Source: Deltaproteobacteria bacterium
Lineage (GTDB): Bacteria > Desulfobacterota > Binatia > UBA1149 > CAYXZP01
Assembly (NCBI GenBank): GCA_046583395.1
Contig: JAYGCK010000004.1
Coordinates: 337 to 64,336, forward strand
Direction of reading: 5' to 3'
DNA length: 64,000 nt
Shown here: piece by piece, positions 38,281-47,708 of the stretch
How the letters are laid out: every line of letters begins with the position of its first letter
Numbering within the stretch: the first letter of the stretch is position 1
Notes under the pieces: generated by a model
Database searches by the model: none
What the model saw: the letters and a program-made list of their open reading frames with translations, nothing else
What the model was told of the DNA's origin: nothing
Program-made: the position numbers and the translations under genes

Positions 38281-41200
38281 CCGGGTAGCCCCTTCGGGGC
38301 GGCCCCAGTTCCTTCATCTGCGGCGCCGGCCGCTTCGACGGTCGGCGCTTGCCTTGTTGATGTCTTCGACAGGCCGGTCCTGGCCCTGTCGATCATACTG
38401 TAGAATACCGGTACCACGACCAGCGTGAGCAGGGTCGAGGTCGTCATTCCGGCGACCACCGCCACGCCCAGGGGCCGGCGGGTCTCGGCACCCGCGCCCG
38501 TTCCCAGGGCTATCGGCAGTATCCCGAAGATTGTCGATAGGGCGGTCATCAGGATGGGGCGCAAGCGGATACGCCCGGCCTCCAGAATCGCCTCACGGGT
38601 CTCGACCCCGCGGGTTCGTAACACGTTTATGTAGTCGACCAACAGGATTGAGTTCTTGGTGACCAGGCCCATGAGCATGATGATGCCTATGAAGCTGTAG
38701 ACGTTGAGCGTCATGCCGAGCGCCGACAGGCCGACCAATGCCCCCAGCATGGCCAGCGGCAAGGCCATCATAATCGTCAGCGGATGGATGAAGCTCTCGA
38801 ATTGTCCGGCCAGTACCAGGTAGATTGCCACCAGGGCCAGAACGAAGGTGAAGCCCAAGCCCTCGGAACCCTTCTGGTATTCGCGGGACTGGCCCACCAG
38901 CGCCGTCGTGAAACCTTCGGGTAGCACGCTCTTGGCCGCATGCTTTATCTGTTCCACGGCCGTTCCCAGGTCGGTGCCGTCGAGACTGGCGTCGATTATG
39001 ACCGAACGCTTACGGTCGTAATGGTTGACCGCGCTAGGACCCACACGTTCCGTCACCGAGACCACGTTGGCCAGCGGCATCAGTTCCCCCGAGCGGCTGC
39101 GGACATAGATGGCCTCGAGGTCACCGGGGCTGAAGCGGTCGTCGGCCGCCAACTGCAGGATTACGTTGTAGCGTTCGTTGCCGACCGTGTAGTGGGTGAC
39201 CTCGTCGCTGCCCAACAGCATGCGCAGGGTTTCGGCTATGTCGGTGGCCGACACTCCCAAGACCGCCGCCTTGTCCCGCTCGATTGCCACGGCCAGTTGC
39301 GGCTTGTCGATGTCGAGGTCGGTCTCGACATCGCGCAGGCCCTTCATGCCCGCAACCACGGTTCGGAGCCGTTCGGAATGCTCTGACAGTTCTTCGAGCC
39401 GGGGGTGTTGGACGGCCACCCGTACGGGTTTGGAGCGGCTGCCCATGTGAAGCGCGTTGGAAACGAAGAAGGCCACGTCGGCCCCGGCGATGCTGCGGGC
39501 GCTAGCGCGGAGGTCTTCGACCACCTGTTGGGTGCTCTGCTTGCGAGTCGGGCGTGCTTGGAGACGGACGAACATGACGCCGGTGTTGACCTTGCCCGGT
39601 CCGCCCCGGGTTATGGCCACTACCGAGAAGTAGGAACGGATGTCGGGGTTGGCGTCGAGCATGGCTTCGACGCGGCGTTGGTAACGGTCCTGGTATTCCA
39701 GCGTGGAGCCCTCGGGGGTCTTGATGCGGGCCACCAGATAGCCGCGGTCGTCGGTCGGGATGAACTCCTTGCCAATGTTGGTGAAGAGCAGGACGCTCAT
39801 GCCCAGCGCCGCCACCAGTATGCCGACGACCAAGGCGCGGTGGTCGAGTGCGCGGTCGAGCAGGCGTTCGTAGGCGTCCGAGAGTCGTTTGACGAGGTCG
39901 TCGAACAGACGGGCCAAGCTGCCGAAGAGTCCCGCCCGGGCGGCCGTCGAGCGGACCGTGAGAAAACGCGAGCACAGCATCGGGGTAAGCGTCAGCGCTA
40001 TGAAGCTCGACGCCGCCACCGCGACGGCCACCGAGATGCCGAACTCGTAGAAAAAGCGTCCGACCACTCCGGACAGAAAGGCTATCGGCACGAACACCGC
40101 CAGCAGTGTGAGCGTCGTCGAAATAACCGCGAAGGCTATCTCGGCGGTGGCCGCATGGGCGGCCTGTATCCGGTCGGCACCGGCCTCCATGTGACGGTAG
40201 ATGTTCTCGAGCACGATGATGGCGTCATCGACCACCACCCCGACCACCAGGGTCAGCGCCATCAGGGTGAGCGTGTTGATGGTGAAACCCAGGAAGTAAA
40301 TCACCCCGAAGGTCGCGATGATGGCAGAGGGCATGGCCAGGCTGGGAATCAGGGTCGTTCGGGCGCTTTGCAAGAAGACGAAGATGACCACCAGCACCAG
40401 CACACCCGCCAACACGAGCGCTTGGCGTACCTCGTGCACCGAACGCTCGATAAAACCGGACTGGTCGTAGGCCACATCGAGGTTGAAGCCTTCGGGGAGC
40501 CGCTCGCGCTCCTCTCGCATGACCCGCTTGACCTCGTTTGCCACGGCCAGGGTGTTGGCGCCCGATTGCTTGACGATACCCAGGCCGCTGGTGGGTATGC
40601 CGTTGAAGCGCGCACGAACGCGCTCGTTCTGGTAGCCGCGCCGGACCTGGGCCACGTCGCCCAGTCGGATAGGTTGGTTGCCGGCATAGGAGACGATCAG
40701 CTCGCGGAACTTCTCGGGGGACTCGAACTCACCTTCGGTGCGAACCACGAACTCCCGCCAGCGCCCCTCGACCCGTCCCGAGGGTATCTCGATGTTCTCG
40801 GTGCGAAGCGCGGTGGCCACGCCGGAGACCGTAAGCCCGTAAGCGGCCAGCCGTTCGCGGTCGATCTCGACTCGCATGGCTTGGCGGTTGGAGCCGCCGA
40901 CCATGACCCTTCCCACGCCGGAGATGGTCTGCACCCGTGGCTTGAGGACCTTGTCGGCGTATTCCATGATTTCGATGGGGTGCCGGCTTTTAGAGTGCAG
41001 GGCCAGCCACATGATGGCCTGGGCGTCCATGTCAATCTTGGTTACGCGCGGTTCTTTGGCCTCGTCTGGCAGCTTGTTGCGCGCGCGTGCCACGCGGTCG
41101 CGCACGTCCTGGGCCGCGGCGTCGATGGGGCGGCTGAGCGCGAACTGTACGGTGATGGAGCTGACCTCCTCTTTGGACACCGAACGGATGAACTCGATTC

Positions 41201-41426
41201 CTTGTATCCCGTTGATCTCCTCTTCGAGGAACTCGGTAATCTCGGTCTCGACCACCTCTGCGCTGGCGCCGGGCAGCACCGTCGACACGCTCACCACGGG
41301 GTATTCGACATTGGGCAGCTCGCGTACGGGAAGGCGCGAGTAACCGACCAGGCCAAAGACGACCATTCCGGCGGTCATGACCGTGGCAAGCACCGGCCGC
41401 CGGACGGAAACGTCGGATATAAGCAT
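38277..41426 (-). CDS. RND efflux transporter permease (AcrB/HAE1 family)
   Basis: 1049 aa with 12-TM topology and two large periplasmic loops, typical of the AcrB family. Confidence 0.9.
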   Translation of the reverse strand: MLISDVSVRRPVLATVMTAGMVVFGLVGYSRLPVRELPNVEYPVVSVSTVLPGASAEVVETEITEFLEEEINGIQGIEFIRSVSKEEVSSITVQFALSRPIDAAAQDVRDRVARARNKLPDEAKEPRVTKIDMDAQAIMWLALHSKSRHPIEIMEYADKVLKPRVQTISGVGRVMVGGSNRQAMRVEIDRERLAAYGLTVSGVATALRTENIEIPSGRVEGRWREFVVRTEGEFESPEKFRELIVSYAGNQPIRLGDVAQVRRGYQNERVRARFNGIPTSGLGIVKQSGANTLAVANEVKRVMREERERLPEGFNLDVAYDQSGFIERSVHEVRQALVLAGVLVLVVIFVFLQSARTTLIPSLAMPSAIIATFGVIYFLGFTINTLTLMALTLVVGVVVDDAIIVLENIYRHMEAGADRIQAAHAATAEIAFAVISTTLTLLAVFVPIAFLSGVVGRFFYEFGISVAVAVAASSFIALTLTPMLCSRFLTVRSTAARAGLFGSLARLFDDLVKRLSDAYERLLDRALDHRALVVGILVAALGMSVLLFTNIGKEFIPTDDRGYLVARIKTPEGSTLEYQDRYQRRVEAMLDANPDIRSYFSVVAITRGGPGKVNTGVMFVRLQARPTRKQSTQQVVEDLRASARSIAGADVAFFVSNALHMGSRSKPVRVAVQHPRLEELSEHSERLRTVVAGMKGLRDVETDLDIDKPQLAVAIERDKAAVLGVSATDIAETLRMLLGSDEVTHYTVGNERYNVILQLAADDRFSPGDLEAIYVRSRSGELMPLANVVSVTERVGPSAVNHYDRKRSVIIDASLDGTDLGTAVEQIKHAAKSVLPEGFTTALVGQSREYQKGSEGLGFTFVLALVAIYLVLAGQFESFIHPLTIMMALPLAMLGALVGLSALGMTLNVYSFIGIIMLMGLVTKNSILLVDYINVLRTRGVETREAILEAGRIRLRPILMTALSTIFGILPIALGTGAGAETRRPLGVAVVAGMTTSTLLTLVVVPVFYSMIDRARTGLSKTSTRQAPTVEAAGAADEGTGAAPKGLPG
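38286..38306. terminator. GC hairpin between the convergent HU and RND permease genes (possible bidirectional terminator)
   Basis: gccccttcggggc stem-loop with no clear U-tract. Confidence 0.3.
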
Positions 41427-41429
41427 GCG

Positions 41430-42530
41430 TCAGGCCCCGGAAGGGGTGGGGGCCGTTTCGACACGGTCGCCGTCGTGAAGGCGATGCTGGCCGCCCACGA
41501 CGACCTGTTCACCGGCGGCCAGGCCGGCCAGGACCTCGACGCGGCTGGGCATACGGGTGCCCAGACGGACGAGCCGGCGTTCGGCGGTGTCACCGGTCAC
41601 CACGAAGACCCAGCTCTTGCCCTCAAAGGTCACCACGGCCTCTTCGGGAACGACCACTTGTGAGCTGCGTGTCTCGAGCAGTATGGTGACCTCGGCGAAC
41701 TGTCCGGGCTTTAGAGTGCCCGAGTCGTTTGCGACCCTGGCCTTGAGCCGTAACATCCGCGTGGCGTTGTCGATCTTGGGGTCTATGAAGTAGATTGTGC
41801 CGTCGACCGGTGCTCCACCGGCGGCCGACACATCGACCGTTATCCCGGTACGAAGCTGTTCGGCGTGACGGTCGGGGACACCAAAGCTGACCTCGACGGG
41901 GTCGGTCTTTACCAGTGTGACCAGTATCTCTCCGGCCCGTACATAGTTGCCGGGGTCGGCCAGGCGGGCGCCGACCATGCCGCCGAACGGAGCGCGCAGG
42001 TGGTAGTCGTCGAGTTCGCGGCGGGCCAAGGTCAGCGCAGCCCCGGCCTCGCCCAAAGCCGCGCGCGCGGCCAGGAACTCGGCCTCGACCTCTTCAAATC
42101 GCTGGCGTGAGACCAGTTCTTCAGCAATCAGGCTCTCGTGGCGCCGCATGCGCTGTTCGGCCATTCCAAGTTTGGCCGCTGCGCTATCGACCGATGCCTG
42201 TGCCAGCGCCAACTGAGCATCGGCCTTGCGGTCGTCGAGCCGCACCAAAAGGTCGCCGGCCTCGACACGGCTGCCTTCCTCAAAGCCCAACTCGGCTATG
42301 ACGCCGCTTACCTGGGGGCGGATGTCGGCATGCTGGCTGGCCTCCACATTGCCGACCGCCCGCAGCGTAACCGAGATATCCTCGACCAGGGCAGCTCTGG
42401 TCTCTACCTGGAATATTCTTGCCGGAACGGTGCCGGCCTCGGGTGGTTCCGACGAGCAGGCCGCCAGCGTACAGGCGGCCGCCATGGCGGCCGCTGTGGC
42501 GAATCCTTTGTTGCCTATGTCCCCGAACAT
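41430..42530 (-). CDS. RND efflux periplasmic adaptor (membrane-fusion protein), lipoprotein
   Basis: Lipobox TLAAC. Coiled-coil and beta-barrel MFP layout. Located upstream of the permease. Confidence 0.85.
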   Translation of the reverse strand: MFGDIGNKGFATAAAMAAACTLAACSSEPPEAGTVPARIFQVETRAALVEDISVTLRAVGNVEASQHADIRPQVSGVIAELGFEEGSRVEAGDLLVRLDDRKADAQLALAQASVDSAAAKLGMAEQRMRRHESLIAEELVSRQRFEEVEAEFLAARAALGEAGAALTLARRELDDYHLRAPFGGMVGARLADPGNYVRAGEILVTLVKTDPVEVSFGVPDRHAEQLRTGITVDVSAAGGAPVDGTIYFIDPKIDNATRMLRLKARVANDSGTLKPGQFAEVTILLETRSSQVVVPEEAVVTFEGKSWVFVVTGDTAERRLVRLGTRMPSRVEVLAGLAAGEQVVVGGQHRLHDGDRVETAPTPSGA

Positions 42531-42633
42531 CGTGTTGACTGGTGTTTTACCGGCGTAAGGGAGCCCGTCAGCTTCCCTACCAACAGACGAGCCTATCAGA
42601 TACGCGCGAGCCTAACAGCGCTTTTTAGGTGAG

Positions 42634-43467
42634 TCACGGGGCGTGGGCGAAGCCACGTTTCTCCATCAGCCATCGCAGTATGGCCTTGGTGGCACGCGGG
42701 TCGATTGAGAACACGGTGTCGGACCTTTTACTGGTCTGTGCCAGTAGCGCGTGCGGGGCGTCCTTTATGACCACGAGCTTGGTCGCAAGCTTGCTGCCCG
42801 GTTCGTTCTTACGCGCATCGGCGACGAACTCGCCGAACTGAAAACGGTCTTCGGGAGCCTCGTCACCGACGACCACCAGTGTTGGAGCTGTAATCCTCAC
42901 GGCGGCCCGTTCTCCGACCTGGTTCGACAAAAGTACCACGCCGGCCACCGGGTTGATGTCCTCGTAGCGGGGGTAGATTCCCGCGATTGTGCCCGTTCCC
43001 GAACTGTGGCCGATGAGGAACACGCGTGAGGCGTCTATGCGGGCATGGTCTACTGCCCGCCGGTAGGCTTCGAGCGCGGTCGAACGGTCAGTGGCGTAGC
43101 GCCCCGGACTACTGCGCCCGGCCCCCGGCGCGTCGTAACGAAAGACGGCAAAGCCATTGCTCACCAACAGGTCGGTCAGTCGGGCGTAGATGCCGTCGTC
43201 ACCTTCGTTGCCGGTATCGGGCAGCGAGCCGTGGCGGTCTATCCGGCCCGCCGGAGGAACCAACAGTACCAACGGTGCGTTACCTTCGGCGGGGAAGTCC
43301 CACTGCGCGGCCACCACCGAGTCGACGCTTTCGAAGGTGGTCTCGGCCACGGGCGGGCGTGAACCGGGCTTGGGCGAGGCCACGGCGGTGGTTGCCGCCA
43401 CCAGCATGGCCATTGCGACGGCCGCGCCGAGCTTTGTCCTGAGCGGAGATGTCGTAGGGGCTGTCAA
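42634..43467 (-). CDS. Secreted alpha/beta hydrolase
   Basis: Signal peptide, GHSSG nucleophile elbow. Confidence 0.7.
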   Translation of the reverse strand: MTAPTTSPLRTKLGAAVAMAMLVAATTAVASPKPGSRPPVAETTFESVDSVVAAQWDFPAEGNAPLVLLVPPAGRIDRHGSLPDTGNEGDDGIYARLTDLLVSNGFAVFRYDAPGAGRSSPGRYATDRSTALEAYRRAVDHARIDASRVFLIGHSSGTGTIAGIYPRYEDINPVAGVVLLSNQVGERAAVRITAPTLVVVGDEAPEDRFQFGEFVADARKNEPGSKLATKLVVIKDAPHALLAQTSKRSDTVFSIDPRATKAILRWLMEKRGFAHAP

Positions 43468-43522
43468 GGAAGGCCGCGGGCCTGCCGCGGACTTTCAATC
43501 TGTGCTCCAGCAGCGCGGTGAG

Positions 43523-43759
43523 TCAAGACGGCCAACCCCGGCATGCTAGCGCTTCGCCGATGTGCGCGGCCGCAATCAGTTCGCTGTCGGCGAGGTCGGC
43601 GATAGTACGGGCAACGCGGGTCGTGCGTACGATTGAACGGCCACTGAGCCCGAGCTTGACCGCTGCTCTTACCATGAGCCGGTCGGCCTCGGGGCACAAG
43701 GTCTCGATGAGCGGCCGGGCCTGCGGCCGTTCCCGTGCACGACGGCGGGCCCGTCGGTA
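43523..43759 (-). pseudogene. 3'-terminal remnant (~75 codons) of comM/yifB (Mg-chelatase-like competence protein)
   Basis: Minus-strand frame reads ..ARPLIETLCPEADRLMVRAAVKLGLSGRSIVRTTRVARTIADLADSELIAAAHIGEALACRGWPS*. This matches the YifB/ComM C-terminus (LGLS.R ... RVARTIADL ... EAL.YR). An in-frame stop lies at 43760-43762. No AAA+ or N-terminal part exists in any frame upstream. Confidence 0.6.
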
Positions 43760-43869
43760 TCAATGACCCATCTGTTATTTAGCGCGTCGCGTCCGTCCGG
43801 CCTATTTGTCACGGGGCTCGCTCTGAGGGCTACGCTGGAAGTTCCGGTCGCACGCCGTAGGATGGGGCC

Positions 43870-44436
43870 GTGCTGTTGATGATCGATAACTATGACTCGT
43901 TCACCTACAACCTGGTTCAGTACCTGGGCGAGCTGGGTGCCGAGATAGAGGTCCACCGCAACGATCGTATCTCGGTCGAGGAGGTCCAGGCCAGGTCGCC
44001 CTCGGCCCTGCTTGTTTCGCCGGGCCCCTGCGACCCGGACAAGGCCGGCATCTCGGTTGACCTCATAAAGGCCATGGCCGGCCAGGTCCCGGTCCTCGGC
44101 GTGTGCCTCGGGCACCAGTGCGTCGGCCAGGCCTTCGGGGCCCGAATCGTACGCGCCGACCGTCTAATGCACGGCAAGACCTCGCCGATAGAGCACGACG
44201 GCCGCGGAATTTTCGAGGGGCTCGAACAGGGCTTTACCGCCACACGCTATCATTCGCTCATCGTTGAACGTGCCAGCATTCCCGAGGACTTCGAGATAAG
44301 CGCGTGGACGGCCGAGGGCGAGATTATGGGTCTTCGTCACAAGGAGATGGCCATCGACGGCGTTCAGTTCCATCCCGAATCGATACTGACAGAGGCCGGC
44401 AAGCAGTTGCTCGGTAACTTCCTGGCCACGCTGTGA
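43870..44436 (+). CDS. Glutamine amidotransferase of anthranilate / aminodeoxychorismate synthase (TrpG/PabA type)
   Basis: [19 protein letters not shown] ... GVCLGHQ ... HSL. Confidence 0.85.
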   Translation: MLLMIDNYDSFTYNLVQYLGELGAEIEVHRNDRISVEEVQARSPSALLVSPGPCDPDKAGISVDLIKAMAGQVPVLGVCLGHQCVGQAFGARIVRADRLMHGKTSPIEHDGRGIFEGLEQGFTATRYHSLIVERASIPEDFEISAWTAEGEIMGLRHKEMAIDGVQFHPESILTEAGKQLLGNFLATL

Positions 44437-44951
44437 AGTTCGTCTCGCCATGGCCACGACGGTTGTGCACGGGCCTGTTGCTCTCGACAGCGGTCCTGGT
44501 CCTGCCGGGCTGCGCCACCTTGCGCGTTTTGCTCCTGCCGCGTTCCCCGTCGGCCGGGCCGGCCGGACAGCCGGCCGCGCAGGCCGTGGCGCCTAGCGGC
44601 GCCGAGCGGGCGCTGCTTTGCGGGGCCGCACGGGTATTGCAGGAGGCTGGCTTCAGTACCGCCGCGCTCGGAGACCGGGTGCTGGCCAACCGGCGTCTGC
44701 TACCCGAGCGCGGGCGCGTCGAGCTATTGGCCGGCCAATACGAGGTCGAAACGGACCCGGGCCACGAGGGGCCGGCGGTGCTTCGGTTGGCCTTGTCCGG
44801 CGGCGACGACGGCCTTTCCGTGGACCTTTCGACGGCGGGCTTTTCGATGAGCGCGGCCGCAGGCAAGGGCTTTGCCGAAGCGCTTCGTTCGGCGGCCTCC
44901 GATGCCGCGGCCTCGGCCGAATGCGCGCCTGGCCGGGCCGGACTTAAATAA
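44433..44951 (+). CDS. Hypothetical lipoprotein
   Basis: [13 protein letters not shown] lipobox. ATGA overlap with the upstream gene. Confidence 0.5.
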   Translation: MKFVSPWPRRLCTGLLLSTAVLVLPGCATLRVLLLPRSPSAGPAGQPAAQAVAPSGAERALLCGAARVLQEAGFSTAALGDRVLANRRLLPERGRVELLAGQYEVETDPGHEGPAVLRLALSGGDDGLSVDLSTAGFSMSAAAGKGFAEALRSAASDAAASAECAPGRAGLK

Positions 44952-45048
44952 CAGTCCGGTCATTGCCCCCGCGGCGGGCCGGCTCGCCACGGGCCCTGTT
45001 TAGCCAGTGCGCCGATGAACTGCCCGCCCGCTCATCGATACCGGCGAG

Positions 45049-45354
45049 ATGTTCGCGGTCCTCGGACTCGGTCCCGCAGCCGGGGCCGCGGCCGGTGCCG
45101 GGGATGCCGAAAGTCCGGATAAGCCCGATAGGTCGCGGCTTCTCGCCCTTCTCAGGGACGGTCCCCAGCTGCTCGACGGGTTGGTTTCGGCCAGCGGGTT
45201 TGACGGCGCACGCGTCTTGGAGTTGTTAACAGCGCTCGAAATCGGGGGACTGGCCGAACGCACGTCGAGCGGCCTGTTCCGGGCCACGGTGAGACTCCGC
45301 CCGAACGGGGGGGGGGTTGACAACTGCGGCCCGACGGGCTTCCCGTATCAGAGG
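45049..45354 (+). pseudogene. Remnant of the dprA C-terminal winged-helix domain, in frame with topA
   Basis: SRLLALLRDGPQLLDGLVSASGFDGARVLELLTALEIGGLAERTSSGLFRATVR matches the DprA C-terminal (WH) consensus ..L..L..P...DeL....gl....l...L..LEl.GlV.r..Gg.y.r. No DprA Rossmann domain lies upstream in any frame. Confidence 0.5.
45307..45316. repeat. G10 homopolymeric tract 39-48 nt upstream of the topA ATG
   Basis: gggggggggg read directly. Confidence 0.6.
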
Positions 45355-47706
45355 ATGGCTGCAACCAAGCTTGTCATAGTGGAGTCGCCCGCCAAGGCGC
45401 GGACGCTGTCGCGCTATCTCGGCCGCGACTACCTCGTCAAGGCCTCGGTCGGTCACATCGCCGACCTGCCCAAGAGCAAGCTCGGTGTTGACGTCGACGA
45501 CAACTTCAAGCCCGACTACGAAATCATCCACGGCAAGGGCAAGGTCATCAAGGAGCTCAAGGCTGCGCTCAAGGGCAAGGACGCGCTCTATCTGGCACCC
45601 GACCCGGACCGTGAGGGCGAGGCCATTGCCTACCACATTGCCGAGCGTGTCGTGCCCAAGTCCTTCAAGGGTGAGGTGCACCGGGTGCTGTTCAACGAGA
45701 TTACGCGTTCGGGTGTCAAGGACGCCATCGCCAAGCCGGGAAAACTGGACATCGATAAGTTCGAAGCGCAGCAGGCCCGCCGTCTGATAGACCGTCTGGT
45801 CGGTTATCAGATAAGTCCATTGCTGTGGGAGAAGGTGCGTCGTGGTCTTTCGGCCGGACGCGTGCAGTCGGTGGCCGTCCATCTGATTGTCGAACGCGAC
45901 CGTGCCATCAAGGCCTTCGAGGCCGTCGAGTATTGGAGCATCACCGCCTCGCTCAACCCGACCGATGATAAGGACGCCGTGTTCAAGGCGCGCCTCATCG
46001 AGGTCGGCGGCAGCAAGATTGATCTGGCAAAGCTGCGCGAGGGCAAGAAGGACGAGGCCTTCTTCATCGGCGACGAGAAACAGGCCGGCGATATCATCAG
46101 CCGTCTCCAGGGTCGCGACGATTGGAATGTCGCGGCCATCAAGCGCTCGGCGCGCACGCGCAAGGCTCCGCCGCCTTTTATCACCTCGACGCTTCAGCAG
46201 GAGGCCTCGCGCAAGCTCGGTTACCAGCCCCGCCGCACCATGTCGGCGGCCCAGCGCCTGTACGAGGGCGTAGACCTCGGCGAGCATGGGATGACCGGGC
46301 TTATAACCTACATGCGCACCGATTCGGTGCGTTCGGCCCCCGAGGCCATCGATGCGGTGCGCGGCTACATAAAGAAGGAGTACGGCCAGGACTATCTTCC
46401 CGACAAGCCCAACGCCTATAAGACCAAGAAGGCCGCGCAGGACGCTCACGAGGCCATACGCCCGGCTTCGATGGATCTGCCGCCTGCGGCGGTGGCCAAA
46501 CACCTCAAGGCCGAGGAGCTAAAGGTCTACACCTTGGTGTGGAACCGCTTTGCCGCCAGTCAGATGCGGCCGGCGGCCTACGACCAGACCAGCGTCGACA
46601 TATCGAGCGATGATTGCGTGTTCAGGGCCTCGGGGCAGGTGATGAAGTTCGACGGTTTTCTCAAGATTTACGAGGAGGGTCGCGACCAGCCCTCCGACGA
46701 CGACGATGACATCGGCGCCCTGCCCGAGCTTGCCGAAGGCCAGGGGCTGGGTATGTCCGGCTTGGAGCCCGCCCAGCACTTCACCCAGCCGCCGCCTCGG
46801 TTCACGCAGGCATCTCTCATTCGCGAACTCGAGGAGAACGGCATCGGCCGGCCTTCGACCTATGCCTCTATCATGTCGACCATCATCGGGCGCGAGTACG
46901 TCACCCAGGACGACAGCCGGCGATTGCTGTCCACGCAGTTGGGCGAACTGGTCACCGACCTTCTTACCGAGGCCTTCCCCGACATCCTCAACGTGGAGTT
47001 CACCGCCGGGCTTGAGGACCATCTCGACCTGGTGGAGGGGGGAAGCGAGGATTGGCTGACGGTCACAAAGCGATTCTACGAACCCTTCAAGGCCAATCTG
47101 GAAAAGGCCAAGGTGGAGATGCCCGACGTCAAGGGGCGCGTCGAGGAGACCGAACTTCCCTGCGAGAACTGTGGCCACAAGTTGGTCGTCAAGTGGGGCA
47201 AGAACGGGGAGTTCCTGGCCTGCCCCGACTACCCGGACTGTAAGTTCACCAGCAACTTCGTTCGCCTGGACGACGGCACCATCGAGATTGAGGAACCCGA
47301 GGAGACCGGAGAGGTCTGCGACGAGTGCTCCAGTCCGATGCAATACAAATGGGGGAGCTACGGTAAGTTCCTCGGTTGTTCGGCCTACCCAGAATGCAAG
47401 AACGTGCGTTCTCTCAACCGCCCGGTGCCGATCGGGCTGGCCTGTCCGCCCGAGCCGCTCGGCTGCGGCGAGGGTGAGATGATGCGCAAGGTCTCGCGCC
47501 GGGGCCGGGTGTTCTACGGGTGCAATCGCTATCCCAAGTGCGAGTTCGCGTTGTGGGACAAGCCGGTCGAGGCGCCCTGCCCGGAGTGCGACGCGGCCTT
47601 CGTGGTCGAGAAGACCACCAAGCGTGCCGGCACGGTCAGACGCTGCCCCAGCGAGGACTGCGAGTACCAGGAGAGCATCGGCGAAGTGACAGCCGAGCAG
47701 GCCTGA
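45355..47706 (+). CDS. topA: DNA topoisomerase I with C-terminal zinc-ribbon repeats
   Basis: MAATKLVIVESPAKARTLSRYLG ... Toprim, then the topo IA core, then four Cx2C ... Cx2C ribbons. Confidence 0.9.
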   Translation: MAATKLVIVESPAKARTLSRYLGRDYLVKASVGHIADLPKSKLGVDVDDNFKPDYEIIHGKGKVIKELKAALKGKDALYLAPDPDREGEAIAYHIAERVVPKSFKGEVHRVLFNEITRSGVKDAIAKPGKLDIDKFEAQQARRLIDRLVGYQISPLLWEKVRRGLSAGRVQSVAVHLIVERDRAIKAFEAVEYWSITASLNPTDDKDAVFKARLIEVGGSKIDLAKLREGKKDEAFFIGDEKQAGDIISRLQGRDDWNVAAIKRSARTRKAPPPFITSTLQQEASRKLGYQPRRTMSAAQRLYEGVDLGEHGMTGLITYMRTDSVRSAPEAIDAVRGYIKKEYGQDYLPDKPNAYKTKKAAQDAHEAIRPASMDLPPAAVAKHLKAEELKVYTLVWNRFAASQMRPAAYDQTSVDISSDDCVFRASGQVMKFDGFLKIYEEGRDQPSDDDDDIGALPELAEGQGLGMSGLEPAQHFTQPPPRFTQASLIRELEENGIGRPSTYASIMSTIIGREYVTQDDSRRLLSTQLGELVTDLLTEAFPDILNVEFTAGLEDHLDLVEGGSEDWLTVTKRFYEPFKANLEKAKVEMPDVKGRVEETELPCENCGHKLVVKWGKNGEFLACPDYPDCKFTSNFVRLDDGTIEIEEPEETGEVCDECSSPMQYKWGSYGKFLGCSAYPECKNVRSLNRPVPIGLACPPEPLGCGEGEMMRKVSRRGRVFYGCNRYPKCEFALWDKPVEAPCPECDAAFVVEKTTKRAGTVRRCPSEDCEYQESIGEVTAEQA

Positions 47707-47708
47707 GC

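Noticed and set aside
39405-41663. 752-aa plus-strand ORF antisense to the RND permease
   Set aside because: His/Gly/Asp/Arg-rich low-complexity translation of the antisense strand. The permease frame is unambiguous.
45049-47706. Possibility that the DprA-WH-TopA reading frame is a genuine functional fusion
   Set aside because: Not excluded, but judged less likely than a dprA remnant. The conserved TopA start (MAATKLVIVESPAKA) has its own ATG. dprA-topA is normally two separate genes. Long open frames upstream of true starts are common at this GC content.
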